Part shown: in pieces, positions 32,099-42,443 of the stretch | Position numbering within the stretch: the stretch's first letter is position 1 | Layout of the letters: each line of letters starts with the position of its first letter | NCBI GenBank assembly: GCA_934778125.1 | Contig: CAKVOF010000002.1 | Location: forward strand, 1 to 60,703 | From: an uncultured Clostridia bacterium | GTDB lineage: Bacteria; Bacillota; Clostridia; Christensenellales; UBA1242 | DNA: 60,703 bases | Direction of reading: 5' to 3' | Notes under the pieces: generated by a model | Told to the model about the DNA's origin: nothing | Seen by the model: only the letters and a program-made list of their open reading frames with translations | The model's database searches: none | Translations under genes and position numbers: made by a program

Positions 32099-33145
32099 CT
32101 AAACTAGTAAACTAAATATAAGTTTATTAAGTGAATTGATATTTTCTAAACAATCAGCAAAAGTTGAAGTAACAGTGTTAATTGTTTCTTTATAAAGCAA
32201 ATATTTATTCTCTCTTGTTAATTCAAAATAATTAAATAATTTCTGGTTAAATTGAGTTTGCATAGTAGTGTAGTTATAAATTAATTCCATTTCACTTATG
32301 CTAGAAGTTGCATAAATATCTTCCCCAGCATATACCTTTTCTTGAAGAAGGCAGAAAAGTTCTAAATCAACTATTCTAAACACTTCTTTTTCAGAATCAT
32401 CTTTTGAGACTTTAAATGTTTCAAAGGCTTGATATATAACGCAATCGTTTATAATTGATTGTGTTGTGTTGATTTGAACATCAAAAGCATATTTGGTGCA
32501 AATATTTTTAACAGCAACGGTTAAATCCGAAAGGCTATAAAGCATACTTCTATAGTTTGAATTAATATTATTGCAATAAGATTCAATATTTGCAAACCAA
32601 GCAGACCAATTTGGATCAGCTGGATCAGGAATATTATCTTCACTATATCTCAAATTTTCTTTTAGTTTGTCGAACTTAGCCTTTAAATTTTTCATCTCAG
32701 TATCGTATTTAGATGTTTTACTTTTTATAGTTCTCAAATCTTTGCTTGAGATAGACTTAATGCTTCTAGAGTAAACAGCATAAAAATTATATACCTTTAA
32801 AATTCTTTCTTGATAATAATTATAGTTTTTATAAGAATTATATTTTTCATCGTATGTTTCACTATGTTCTACTTCAATATTATAAGAAAATAATTTATCT
32901 AATTGAACTTTAACATTTGATGGCAATGCTTTTCCATTAATTCCATTTTTATAAATTAATTCTAATTCATCTAGATATGTTGGAATTTCATATTTTTCAG
33001 CGATTCCATTGGCATTCATTAATCTTTCATTTACTGAAACTTTTTTATCAGGATTAAAAAAGATTGCCCAAACACCAAATATAACTCCAGCCAATACTAA
33101 CCCAGCAACGATAAACCTTAATGTGTTCTTCATTAAATCAGCCAA
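32099..33145 (-). CDS. N-terminally membrane-anchored hypothetical protein, possibly a distant paralogue of the downstream lipoprotein
   Basis: TM FIVAGLVLAGVIFGVWAIFF. 348 aa, with similar size and composition to the neighbouring gene. Confidence 0.6.
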   Translation of the reverse strand: MADLMKNTLRFIVAGLVLAGVIFGVWAIFFNPDKKVSVNERLMNANGIAEKYEIPTYLDELELIYKNGINGKALPSNVKVQLDKLFSYNIEVEHSETYDEKYNSYKNYNYYQERILKVYNFYAVYSRSIKSISSKDLRTIKSKTSKYDTEMKNLKAKFDKLKENLRYSEDNIPDPADPNWSAWFANIESYCNNINSNYRSMLYSLSDLTVAVKNICTKYAFDVQINTTQSIINDCVIYQAFETFKVSKDDSEKEVFRIVDLELFCLLQEKVYAGEDIYATSSISEMELIYNYTTMQTQFNQKLFNYFELTRENKYLLYKETINTVTSTFADCLENINSLNKLIFSLLV

Positions 33146-33190
33146 CTCCTTTTTGTTATTATATCAATATAATTTTTAAAAATCAATTAT

Positions 33191-33937
33191 TTAGTTATAT
33201 TGAACCGATTTTAAAAATAAACCTTTGGATTTTGCAGTTCTACCTGCTTTAGTTCTATCTTTTAATTTGATTATTTTTTCGAATTCTTCAATCGATAAAA
33301 CACCATATCCCACCTGCAATAGCGTGCCAACTATAATTCTAACCATATTATATAGAAACCCATTTCCACAAATTTCAAAAGTGTATAAACCATCAATTAT
33401 GGGGTTTTTTATTATTTTTGCGTAGTATATCGTTCTCACTTTTGAAACAACATCAGTGTTTGAAGCACAAAATGCACCAAAATCTTTCTCTCCCACCAAA
33501 TATTCACAAGCTTTTTCCATATTTTCAATATTTAGGTTACTACCAACATGAAAGGCAAAAGAATCAATCATTGGAATTTCAGCTGAAGAAACATAGAAAT
33601 TATAACAATATGTTTTTTTCTTTGCATTAAACCTTGAGTGGAAATCATCTGGAACCACTTCACTTTTCAATATTCTAATATCTTCTGGCAACATCACATT
33701 CATTCTTCTATATAATTTTGACACATCTTGGCTATATCCTTCAACTTCAAAATGTGCAATTTGATTTAGAGCACTAACGCCAGCATCTGTTCTTCCACTA
33801 GCGATTAATGATACTTTTTTATTAAATATTTCACTTAACACTCTTTCAATTGTACCTTGAATTGTTAGTTTATTTTTTTGCACTTGATACCCTGAATAAT
33901 TTGTACCTAAATATGATAATACTAATTTTATTTTCAT
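33191..33937 (-). CDS. truA: tRNA pseudouridine(38-40) synthase
   Basis: YLGTNYSGYQ.Q and the catalytic block ASGRTDAGVSA. 248 aa. Confidence 0.85.
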   Translation of the reverse strand: MKIKLVLSYLGTNYSGYQVQKNKLTIQGTIERVLSEIFNKKVSLIASGRTDAGVSALNQIAHFEVEGYSQDVSKLYRRMNVMLPEDIRILKSEVVPDDFHSRFNAKKKTYCYNFYVSSAEIPMIDSFAFHVGSNLNIENMEKACEYLVGEKDFGAFCASNTDVVSKVRTIYYAKIIKNPIIDGLYTFEICGNGFLYNMVRIIVGTLLQVGYGVLSIEEFEKIIKLKDRTKAGRTAKSKGLFLKSVQYN

Positions 33938-34109
33938 TTCTAACCTTCTTTATTAAATATATTAACATAATCTGCCCATATTATTAAATGTTTTAGAAAA
34001 TATTTTTTAAAAACTAGATTGATATAATCTTTAATTTTACTTATTAATTGACTAAACTAGAATTGAATTATATAATATTTATTGAAATTTAAAATATAGG
34101 AGAATACAA

Positions 34110-37100
34110 TTGAAAAAGATTACTATTGATGGCAACACTGCCACCGCAACTATTGCATATGCATATAGTGATGCAACAACAATATACCCTATCACTCCAT
34201 CTAGCCCAATGGCTGAACTTTGCGATGAATGGGCATGCGCTGGAAAAGAAAATGTTTTAGGAAATAAAGTTAAGGTTTTGGAACTTCAATCAGAAGGTGG
34301 TGCGAGTGGTGCACTTCACGGAAGCTTAGCTGGTGGCGCATTAACCACAACCTTCACCGCTAGCCAAGGTTTACTTTTGATGATTCCTAATATGTATAAA
34401 ATTGCCGGTGAATTATACCCTTGCGTTATGCATGTTAGTGCTAGAGCACTTGCAACTCACGCGTTATCAATATTCGGCGACCATTCTGATGTTATGGCAA
34501 CAAGGCAAACTGGTTGGGCTATGCTTGCTTCTGCAAGTGTTCAAGAGTGTATGGATTTGGCACTAGTTGCACATATCTCTGCCCTTAAAGGAAGCGTACC
34601 TTTTGTTCATTTTTTTGATGGATTTAGAACAAGTCACGAAATCAATACTATTGAACAAATTGATGATGATGTTTTGAAAAAACTATTTCCTAAGAAAGAA
34701 TACGAGGCCTTTAAGAAAAGATGTTTAAATTCTTTTAATCCTCATCAACAAGGTACTGCACAAAACCCTGATATTTATTTTCAAAATCGTGAAGCATCTA
34801 ACAAGTTTTACAACGCCATTCCTGAAATTGTTCAAAATACAATGAATGAAGTTGCTAAACACACAAATAGGCAATATCATTTATTTGATTATGTTGGTGC
34901 ACCCGATGCTGAAAGAGTTGTTGTGTTGATGGGTTCTGGAAGCGATGTTGCTGAGCTTACTGTTAAATATTTATTTGAAAAGTTTGGTGAAAAAGTTGGC
35001 GCTGTTAAAGTTAGATTATATAGACCTTTCGCATCAAATAAATTTATTGATGCTTTACCAAAAACTGTTAAAAAAATCGCTGTTTTAGATAGAACAAAAG
35101 AACCTGGTAGTGATGGTGAACCATTATACAAAGATGTTGCATGTGCTGTTTTGAATAGTAATTTGAAAAATGTTAAAGTTGTTGGCGGAAGATATGGGCT
35201 TGGAAGCAAAGAATTCACCCCTTCTATGCTAAACGCAGTGTTTGAGAATTTAAACTTAGATGAACCTTTAAATAACTTTACTGTTGGAATTAATGATGAT
35301 GTTACTCATTTGAGCTTGCCAATAATTAAAGAAATTAATGCAAGCGATGAATCAATAACTGAATGTAAATTTTATGGTTATGGTGGAGATGGGACTGTTA
35401 GTGCCAATAAAAGTAGCATAAAAATTATTGGAAACAACACTGATTTAAATGGACAAGCGTATTTCGAATATGACAGCAAAAAAAGCGGGAATGCAACTAT
35501 ATGTCATTTGCGATTTGGCAAACATAAAATAAATGAATGTTTTCTCCTTAACAATATTGACTTTGTTAGCGTACACAATCAATCTTATGTTTACAAATAC
35601 AACATTTTAAAAAATGTTAAGAATAATGCAATTATGCTTTTAAATACTAGTTGGGACTTAAACGAGTTTGAAAAAATGGCTCCCAATAATATAAAAAGAG
35701 AGCTTGCGATCAAAAACATTAAATTGTTTACTATTGATGCTTATAAAATTGCTAAAGAAATTGGGCTTGGAAATAAAATCAACTTAGTTATGCAATCCGC
35801 ATTCTTTAAATTAATCAACATTATGCCTTATGAAAAAGCAGTTGAAGAAATGAAAAAGTTTGCCGAAAAGAACTACGCCAAAGCTGGAACGGTTGTTTTG
35901 GAAAAAAACTTCAAAGCAATAGATAGTGTTAAAACTGAAATAAAGGAAATACAAATTCCTAAAAAATGGGGAAATTTAGAAGATATAAATAATACTAAAG
36001 CAAACTCAAAAGCAGAGTTAAAATACTTTAAAGACTACATTGATCCTATTCAAAAACTCGAAGGTGAAAAACTCCCTGTCAGTTCTTTTGATCCTAGCGG
36101 TTTTGTTCCAACTGGAACGACTAAGTTTGAAAAACGCGGAGTTGCAAGTGACTTGCCTTGCTGGAATAGCGAGAAGTGTATTCAATGCAATATGTGTTCA
36201 TTTGTTTGCCCTCACGCAGCAATAAGACCATATTTGATTAAAGAAGAAGATTTAGTTAATATGCCAGATAGTTTCGTTACCATACCTGCAACAGCAGAAA
36301 AGGGTTATAGATTTGTTATGCAAGTTAGTGCTAAAGATTGCACAGGTTGTGGTGTGTGCGCAAGTGTTTGCCCTGCTAAAGAAAAAGCAATAACAATGAA
36401 ACCAGCATCAGACTTAATGGAAACTCAAAGCAAAAATTATGAATATGTGGAAAGTTTACCACACCAAAAATCAAATATATTTAAACCAAATTCAATTAAA
36501 GGCAGTCAATTTAATCAACCATATTTTGAATTCAGTGGTGCGTGTGCAGGTTGCGGTGAAACGCCATATATTAAAGTTATTTCACAGCTTTTTGGAGAAA
36601 AAATGGTTATTGCTAATGCAACTGGATGTTCGAGTATTTATGGTGGCTCTTCCCCTACTTGCCCATATACTAAAGATAAAGATGGTCACGGAATCGCATG
36701 GGCAAATAGTTTATTTGAAGATAATGCGGAATTTGGGCTTGGAATTAAATTAGGATTAAAATTTAATAGAGAACAATTGTTTAAAAATGTTGATGCATTA
36801 TGTGAATCAACAAACAATTCGGAATTAAAAAATATAGAAACCGCAATATTAAATTCTAAAGATATTAAAGAACAAAGAAAATTAGGTGCTGAGCTTTTAG
36901 ATAAGATTAAAACTCTAGAATTAGATAGTGAAGCAGTAAATTATGCTAAAAATATTGAAAACTTAAAAGAACATTTTGGTGAGAACTCTGTTTGGATTGT
37001 TGGCGGAGATGGCTGGGCTTATGATATAGGATATGGCGGTCTTGATCATGTGTTGGCTAGTGGCGAAAATGTTAACATCTTGGTTTTAGACACTGAAGTT

Positions 37101-37625
37101 TATTCAAACACTGGTGGTCAAGCTTCTAAATCAACCCCTATTGGAGCCGTTGCAAAATTTGCCAGTTTTGGAAAAAGAACTAATAAAAAGGACCTTGCTT
37201 TAATTGCTTCAACATATAAAAATGTTTATGTTGCAAAAGTTGCAATGGGTGCCAATATGAATCAGTTTTTAACTGCAGTTCAAGAAGCAGAAAGTTATGA
37301 TGGTGTTTCAATCATTGTTGCTTATGCCCCTTGCATAAATCACGGCATTAATATGAGCAACTCTCAACTTGAGATGAAAAAAGCGGTTGAAACCGGTTAC
37401 TGGCATTTGTGGAGATATGATCCTAGAAATGTGGCAAACGGTAAAAACCCTTTCATGCTTGATAGCAAAGAACCAACTTTAAATTATGAAGACTTTTTAA
37501 ATGGAGAAAATAGATATACTGCCCTAAAGAAAAAAGATGAAAAATTAGCTCAAATGTTATTTGATGAGGCTAAAGAATTGGCTAGAAGAAAATATGAAGA
37601 ATATGCTATGCTAGCTAAAAAATGA
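34110..37625 (+). CDS. nifJ: pyruvate:ferredoxin (flavodoxin) oxidoreductase
   Basis: 1171 aa. Two ferredoxin-type clusters (CIQCNMCSFVCPHAAIRP, CTGCGVCASVCP) and a TPP domain (GGDGWAYDIGYGGLDH). TTG start after AGGAGAA. Confidence 0.9.
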   Translation: MKKITIDGNTATATIAYAYSDATTIYPITPSSPMAELCDEWACAGKENVLGNKVKVLELQSEGGASGALHGSLAGGALTTTFTASQGLLLMIPNMYKIAGELYPCVMHVSARALATHALSIFGDHSDVMATRQTGWAMLASASVQECMDLALVAHISALKGSVPFVHFFDGFRTSHEINTIEQIDDDVLKKLFPKKEYEAFKKRCLNSFNPHQQGTAQNPDIYFQNREASNKFYNAIPEIVQNTMNEVAKHTNRQYHLFDYVGAPDAERVVVLMGSGSDVAELTVKYLFEKFGEKVGAVKVRLYRPFASNKFIDALPKTVKKIAVLDRTKEPGSDGEPLYKDVACAVLNSNLKNVKVVGGRYGLGSKEFTPSMLNAVFENLNLDEPLNNFTVGINDDVTHLSLPIIKEINASDESITECKFYGYGGDGTVSANKSSIKIIGNNTDLNGQAYFEYDSKKSGNATICHLRFGKHKINECFLLNNIDFVSVHNQSYVYKYNILKNVKNNAIMLLNTSWDLNEFEKMAPNNIKRELAIKNIKLFTIDAYKIAKEIGLGNKINLVMQSAFFKLINIMPYEKAVEEMKKFAEKNYAKAGTVVLEKNFKAIDSVKTEIKEIQIPKKWGNLEDINNTKANSKAELKYFKDYIDPIQKLEGEKLPVSSFDPSGFVPTGTTKFEKRGVASDLPCWNSEKCIQCNMCSFVCPHAAIRPYLIKEEDLVNMPDSFVTIPATAEKGYRFVMQVSAKDCTGCGVCASVCPAKEKAITMKPASDLMETQSKNYEYVESLPHQKSNIFKPNSIKGSQFNQPYFEFSGACAGCGETPYIKVISQLFGEKMVIANATGCSSIYGGSSPTCPYTKDKDGHGIAWANSLFEDNAEFGLGIKLGLKFNREQLFKNVDALCESTNNSELKNIETAILNSKDIKEQRKLGAELLDKIKTLELDSEAVNYAKNIENLKEHFGENSVWIVGGDGWAYDIGYGGLDHVLASGENVNILVLDTEVYSNTGGQASKSTPIGAVAKFASFGKRTNKKDLALIASTYKNVYVAKVAMGANMNQFLTAVQEAESYDGVSIIVAYAPCINHGINMSNSQLEMKKAVETGYWHLWRYDPRNVANGKNPFMLDSKEPTLNYEDFLNGENRYTALKKKDEKLAQMLFDEAKELARRKYEEYAMLAKK

Positions 37626-37641
37626 CTTGATTAATTAAAGC

Positions 37642-37672
37642 AAAAGAACTTGATTTATTCAAGTTCTTTTTT
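37642..37672 (+). terminator. rho-independent terminator after PFOR
   Basis: 12-bp perfect stem AAAAGAACTTGA / TCAAGTTCTTTT with a 5-nt loop and a T-run. Confidence 0.8.
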
Positions 37673-37830
37673 CACTCTACAATTGGTAGACCTGCATTTT
37701 ATTAATAGTAGAACAACTATATTTAATATCTACTTTTGTGTGTTTAACTGTGGATTTTGATGAGATTAAATTAGCGTGTTTTTTATAAACAAATCCAATA
37801 TAATAATTATAAGTTAAAGGAGATTAAATT

Positions 37831-38568
37831 ATGTGCAATTTAAATGTTACAATTTTTGGAGATTCAATTACAAAAGGAATAGCACCAAAAAATAATAAAC
37901 TTAATAAACTTAAGGAAAATGCCGTTGATTTAGTAGGAAAATACTTAAATATTAATATAAACAACTTATCTTCTTTTGGTCAAACACTTTCACGTGCAAT
38001 TAGCAAAAATTGGTTTAAAGATTACATTGATAATATTATTATTGATGATGAAAACTTAAACATTGCTGTGATTGCACTTGGTGGAAATGATAGCGACTAT
38101 GATTGGAAAAAAGTTTCAGAAAATCCACGCTATAGTCATAAGAATGTAACTCCCATATCTCAATTCGAAAAGAAACTAGATAATGTAATAAAAGAACTTA
38201 AGGCAAGTGGTGTTGAAGTGGCATTAGTAAGTCTTTCCCCTATTGACTCAAATAGATACTTTAAAAATTGCATTTCAAAACAAGGTGATGAAAAAAGAAT
38301 CTTAGAATTTTTAAGAAAAGATATTTCAAATATTTATAAGCAAGAAGAAAGATACAACCTTGCAATATTAAAATGTGCAAACAAAAATAACTGCCGAGTA
38401 ATTGATATTAGACCAACCCTTCTTATGAATAGAGCTTATATTAAAAGCCTTTGCTTTGATGGAATTCACCCAAATCAAAATGGTCATAAATTAATAGCAA
38501 AAGTTGCTTTTAAAGAAATAAAACAAAAATTTAAAACTGAATTAAAAATGTTGAACTATATAAAATAA
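37831..38568 (+). CDS. SGNH/GDSL-family hydrolase
   Basis: Block I IFGDSITKG, block III GGND, block V DGIHPN. Confidence 0.75.
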   Translation: MCNLNVTIFGDSITKGIAPKNNKLNKLKENAVDLVGKYLNININNLSSFGQTLSRAISKNWFKDYIDNIIIDDENLNIAVIALGGNDSDYDWKKVSENPRYSHKNVTPISQFEKKLDNVIKELKASGVEVALVSLSPIDSNRYFKNCISKQGDEKRILEFLRKDISNIYKQEERYNLAILKCANKNNCRVIDIRPTLLMNRAYIKSLCFDGIHPNQNGHKLIAKVAFKEIKQKFKTELKMLNYIK

Positions 38569-38601
38569 AAAAGGTGCATAATATATTTGATGCACCTTTT
38601 T
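38569..38601. terminator. bidirectional hairpin terminator
   Basis: Stem AAAAGGTGCAT (38569-38579) / ATGCACCTTTT (38590-38600). Confidence 0.7.
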
Positions 38602-38690
38602 AAAGCAAAACATTTAAAAACCTAAATGATTTTTTTGTGTTGCCTATATTATATTTTTCAAAATTAATTTAATTATTCAATTTTCTATAA

Positions 38691-40694
38691 TTAATTAAAA
38701 ACAGAATAAGTTTTTGTTCTGTTTTTATTAATCACATTAACGGTTTCCTTAACAATTCTATCAATAGTTATATCATATTTTTTAAATAAAACATCTTGAG
38801 GAGCACTCGCACCAAACTCATCTATACCTATGCAAGCTCCCGTTTTCCCCGCATATTTAAACCAACTTTGCGTTGATCCTGCCTCAACGGTAACAACCGC
38901 AGAAAAATTAGATGGAAGCACTTTTTCTTTGTATTTTTTAGGTTGGGATTCAAACACTTCAACACAAGGCATAGAAACAACTCTAACATTAAAGCCCTTA
39001 TCTAAAAGTAATTTTTGAGCACTTATTGCGAGTTGCACTTCACTTCCAGTTGCAACTAGTACTGCGTGGAGTTCAGATTTCACTTCCCTTGAGATAACGT
39101 AACCACCTTTAACAACATCTTCTGCATTTTCCCCAGAAGATATTATTGGTAAATTTTGCCTTGTTAAAGCAATTATTGATGGAATTTTATTAATCAATGG
39201 ATATGCATATGCAAAACACGTTTCTTCATAGTTACAAGGCCTGAATACTGCTAAATTTGGAACGCTTCTAAAGGTTGATAATTGCTCTATTGGTTCGTGG
39301 GTTGGGCCATCTTCTCCTACTGCAATGCTATCGTGCGTTAAAATATATGTTACTGGAAGTTTCATTAATGCAGATGACCTTATTGCACTCTTCATATAGT
39401 CACTAAATACTAAAAATGTGCTTGCAAATGGCATAAAATCTGAAAGAGCTAATCCGTTTGTTATGCACGCCATCGCAAACTCCCTAACGCCATAAAGTAT
39501 GTTTCTACCACTAAAGTCTAATTTAGAAACATCATTTCCATTTTTTATGTATGCTTTTGTTGAACTAGATAAGTCAGCAGTGCCACCAATAATTTGGCTA
39601 TATTTTTCAGCCAACGCATTCAATACACTGCCACCCATTTCACGTGTTGATTTACCAACTGGTTGATCCAAATTTATAAGATATTTATAAGCATCTCTAT
39701 AATTTTCGTTATAAAAATCTATTAGTTCTTTATATTCCATTTTATATAATTTATGATATTCACTTATTCTGCCATTTAGATTTTTTTCAACGATTTTAAA
39801 ACGCTTTTGAACTTCTATCAAGTGGTTTTGCACTTCTCTTTCAAATTCAAATGGTAAATTATCAACTCTTAAAACTTTTTTTAAGTCATTTAGCCCTTCT
39901 TGATTTAAAACAAGCCCATGAGCTTTATTCGTGTTTTGAACAGCTGAGCCAAATCCAATGTTTGTTTTTATAATCACGAAACTAGGTTTTAAACTTTTCT
40001 TGGCTTCTTGGATAGCAATATCAATCTCTTGAACACTATTCCCATCGTTTACCTTAATAACATTAAAGCCCATTCCTTGCATAATTTGCTCTGTGTTTAA
40101 AGCAAACGTCTTGTCCGTTCTGCTATCTAGAGAAACATCATTTGAATCATATAAAACAACTAAGTTATCTAAGCATAAATTACCTGCAAAACTTAGAGCT
40201 TCTAAAGCCACACCCTCCATCAAACAACCATCACCAATTAACGCATAAACCTTATTATCAAAAAGTTTACAATTAGGTTTATTAAATCTTGCCCCCATCA
40301 TTTTGTCAGCCAATGCCATTCCTACTGCAGTGGCAACACCTTGCCCAAGAGGTCCTGTTGTGCACTCAACGCCTAGTTCTTGACAAAGTTCTGGGTGACC
40401 TGGCGTTTTGCTATCTAACTTTCTAAATTTCTTTAAATCATCACTTGAGATATCGTAACCCATTGCGTGTAAAGTTGTGTATAATAAAGCACTTCCGTGC
40501 CCAGCAGACATAACAAACTTATCCCTTAATATATTAAGAGGTTTATACGGAACTACATTTATGTGTTTTGCAAACAATGTGTAAAGTATTGGTGCTGAAC
40601 CTAACACGATTCCACTATGCCCACTATTTGCGTTTGAAATAGTTTCGCACGCCAAAACTCTTATATTATTAACGGTTTTGATATCTATACTCAT
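38691..40694 (-). CDS. tkt: transketolase
   Basis: SGHSGIVLGSAP, GHPE, the TPP motif GDGCLMEGV and EDGPTHEPIEQL. 667 aa. Confidence 0.9.
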   Translation of the reverse strand: MSIDIKTVNNIRVLACETISNANSGHSGIVLGSAPILYTLFAKHINVVPYKPLNILRDKFVMSAGHGSALLYTTLHAMGYDISSDDLKKFRKLDSKTPGHPELCQELGVECTTGPLGQGVATAVGMALADKMMGARFNKPNCKLFDNKVYALIGDGCLMEGVALEALSFAGNLCLDNLVVLYDSNDVSLDSRTDKTFALNTEQIMQGMGFNVIKVNDGNSVQEIDIAIQEAKKSLKPSFVIIKTNIGFGSAVQNTNKAHGLVLNQEGLNDLKKVLRVDNLPFEFEREVQNHLIEVQKRFKIVEKNLNGRISEYHKLYKMEYKELIDFYNENYRDAYKYLINLDQPVGKSTREMGGSVLNALAEKYSQIIGGTADLSSSTKAYIKNGNDVSKLDFSGRNILYGVREFAMACITNGLALSDFMPFASTFLVFSDYMKSAIRSSALMKLPVTYILTHDSIAVGEDGPTHEPIEQLSTFRSVPNLAVFRPCNYEETCFAYAYPLINKIPSIIALTRQNLPIISSGENAEDVVKGGYVISREVKSELHAVLVATGSEVQLAISAQKLLLDKGFNVRVVSMPCVEVFESQPKKYKEKVLPSNFSAVVTVEAGSTQSWFKYAGKTGACIGIDEFGASAPQDVLFKKYDITIDRIVKETVNVINKNRTKTYSVFN

Positions 40695-41215
40695 TTTTTA
40701 TCTCCTAATAGAACGTTTTTATAATAATTTGTTATTTCAATTTTGGCCAAATTTGCCACTTGAAGATAACTTTTTCCATTTGAATCTATAGAAATTTCTG
40801 CAATTGATTCACATATCTTATTTCTTTCATTAAACATAAACACATCCAAAATTTGCCTTAATTTTTTAGTTTTGTCTTTATTTAACTTTTTTTCATAACT
40901 TTCCTTAGATAAATTTACATATATTATTAAACATTCTTTTTTTACTGCTTTCAAATTTTCCTTATCATTTAGAAGTGTGTAGTCCATCGTTAGAAGTGAA
41001 TTTTCAAATGAAACAGCTCTTTTAACGCAATCACGTTGCAGTTTTGCTAAATAATCTACCCCACATTGCATCTCAATATATGCTGGATTAACAATCTCAT
41101 ATTCAACAAGTGCATCAACATCAAGATAAAACATATCTAGCTTTTTCGCTAGATTTTCAGCAATTTTATTTGTATATTCTTTGGAAAGCCCTAAAATGCA
41201 AATTCTTGATTTCAA
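40691..41215 (-). CDS. shikimate-kinase-like small protein with degenerate P-loop
   Basis: ICILGLSKEYTNKIAENLAKKLDMFYLDVDALVE aligns by eye to the start of shikimate or AAA kinases, but the GxxGxGK(S/T) motif is replaced by GLSKEYT. Its stop overlaps the tkt start (ATGA). Confidence 0.4.
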   Translation of the reverse strand: MKSRICILGLSKEYTNKIAENLAKKLDMFYLDVDALVEYEIVNPAYIEMQCGVDYLAKLQRDCVKRAVSFENSLLTMDYTLLNDKENLKAVKKECLIIYVNLSKESYEKKLNKDKTKKLRQILDVFMFNERNKICESIAEISIDSNGKSYLQVANLAKIEITNYYKNVLLGDKK

Positions 41216-41339
41216 ATATATTACTCCTTAAAGAAATTATACTTTAATATTCAACTATTTTCAATTAAAATAACAAAATTAAATAAGTCCATACTCGAAA
41301 ATCAATTAGATAAATCCAAGATTGTATAAAATTGTTGAA

Positions 41340-42443
41340 TTATTCTTTATCTTTACTTTCACTTGCTTTTAAGTTTTTCTCATACATTTTATTTATAACA
41401 TATTTTCTTGCAAAAACAAAATATAAACTATATGACAACACAAAAATTAAAACTATCACCCACCACGAAATTATAAAATAGTCATTTATGTTACTTAGTG
41501 TTGAAACACTTATATCATTATTTTTGAAATTTAAAATTATGTTTCCTAATTTATCAGTTCTTAAGATTGAAATTTCTTTATTATGCGTTAAGTTGAAATC
41601 AGCAACTCTTTCAATCAATTCACTGCTTGGATGACCATATGTATTTTCACCAACACTTATTATTAAATAATTAGGAGTTGTTTCTTCTAAAATCATTTTA
41701 CCCGTGCTACTTTTACTTCCATGGTGCCCAGCTTTCAAAACATCAACATTTTCAATATTATTTGCGTATAGCAATAAGTTTTCACTTTCAATATTTAAGT
41801 CTCCAGTTAAGAGCATTTTCTTTCCATTTAGATTAAAATATAGCATTGGACATAATGAGTTATCATCTAATAAATCAGTTCCTGCCATATACCAATTTAC
41901 CGTATTTTCTTCAAACTCCAACTTCAAACCATCTATATTTTCTTCAATAGTAATTTGCTTCCTATTAACAGTATTCTTTATCTCATTTATTGATGTAGAT
42001 TCGTTATAATTTGGTGGCACATAAAATTTACCAATATTATATCTGGACAAAATCAAATTCATATTTCCATAGTGATCAATATCTGTGTGGGTTAAAATTA
42101 CATAATCAAATATTTTATCATAACCTTTAAAAAATATTTCATCTAGATATTTGATTAATTTTTTCTCTTGATTGGCCACACCACTATCAATTAACATTGT
42201 TTTTCCATTATTAAACCTAACCGCAATGCAATCGCCTTGACCAACATCAATAAAATGCACTTGTGCTGTTTGATTGTCTTTTTCAAATTGAGGCACTTTC
42301 AATTTTAACAATAATTCAATTGGGTCCGAAAAGAAAAGTGTTGCTATTGCTAGGCATATAACACACAAATATTTAATAATATTTCTAAAACAAATTTTTT
42401 CAATTTGCCTTACTTTAAAATAATTAAAAACTTTTAGTTTCAT
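41340..42443 (-). CDS. membrane-anchored metallo-beta-lactamase-fold protein (ComEC C-terminal-domain-like)
   Basis: HFIDVGQGDC, LTHTDIDHYG and KAGHHGS motifs. N- and C-terminal TM helices. Confidence 0.7.
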   Translation of the reverse strand: MKLKVFNYFKVRQIEKICFRNIIKYLCVICLAIATLFFSDPIELLLKLKVPQFEKDNQTAQVHFIDVGQGDCIAVRFNNGKTMLIDSGVANQEKKLIKYLDEIFFKGYDKIFDYVILTHTDIDHYGNMNLILSRYNIGKFYVPPNYNESTSINEIKNTVNRKQITIEENIDGLKLEFEENTVNWYMAGTDLLDDNSLCPMLYFNLNGKKMLLTGDLNIESENLLLYANNIENVDVLKAGHHGSKSSTGKMILEETTPNYLIISVGENTYGHPSSELIERVADFNLTHNKEISILRTDKLGNIILNFKNNDISVSTLSNINDYFIISWWVIVLIFVLSYSLYFVFARKYVINKMYEKNLKASESKDKE

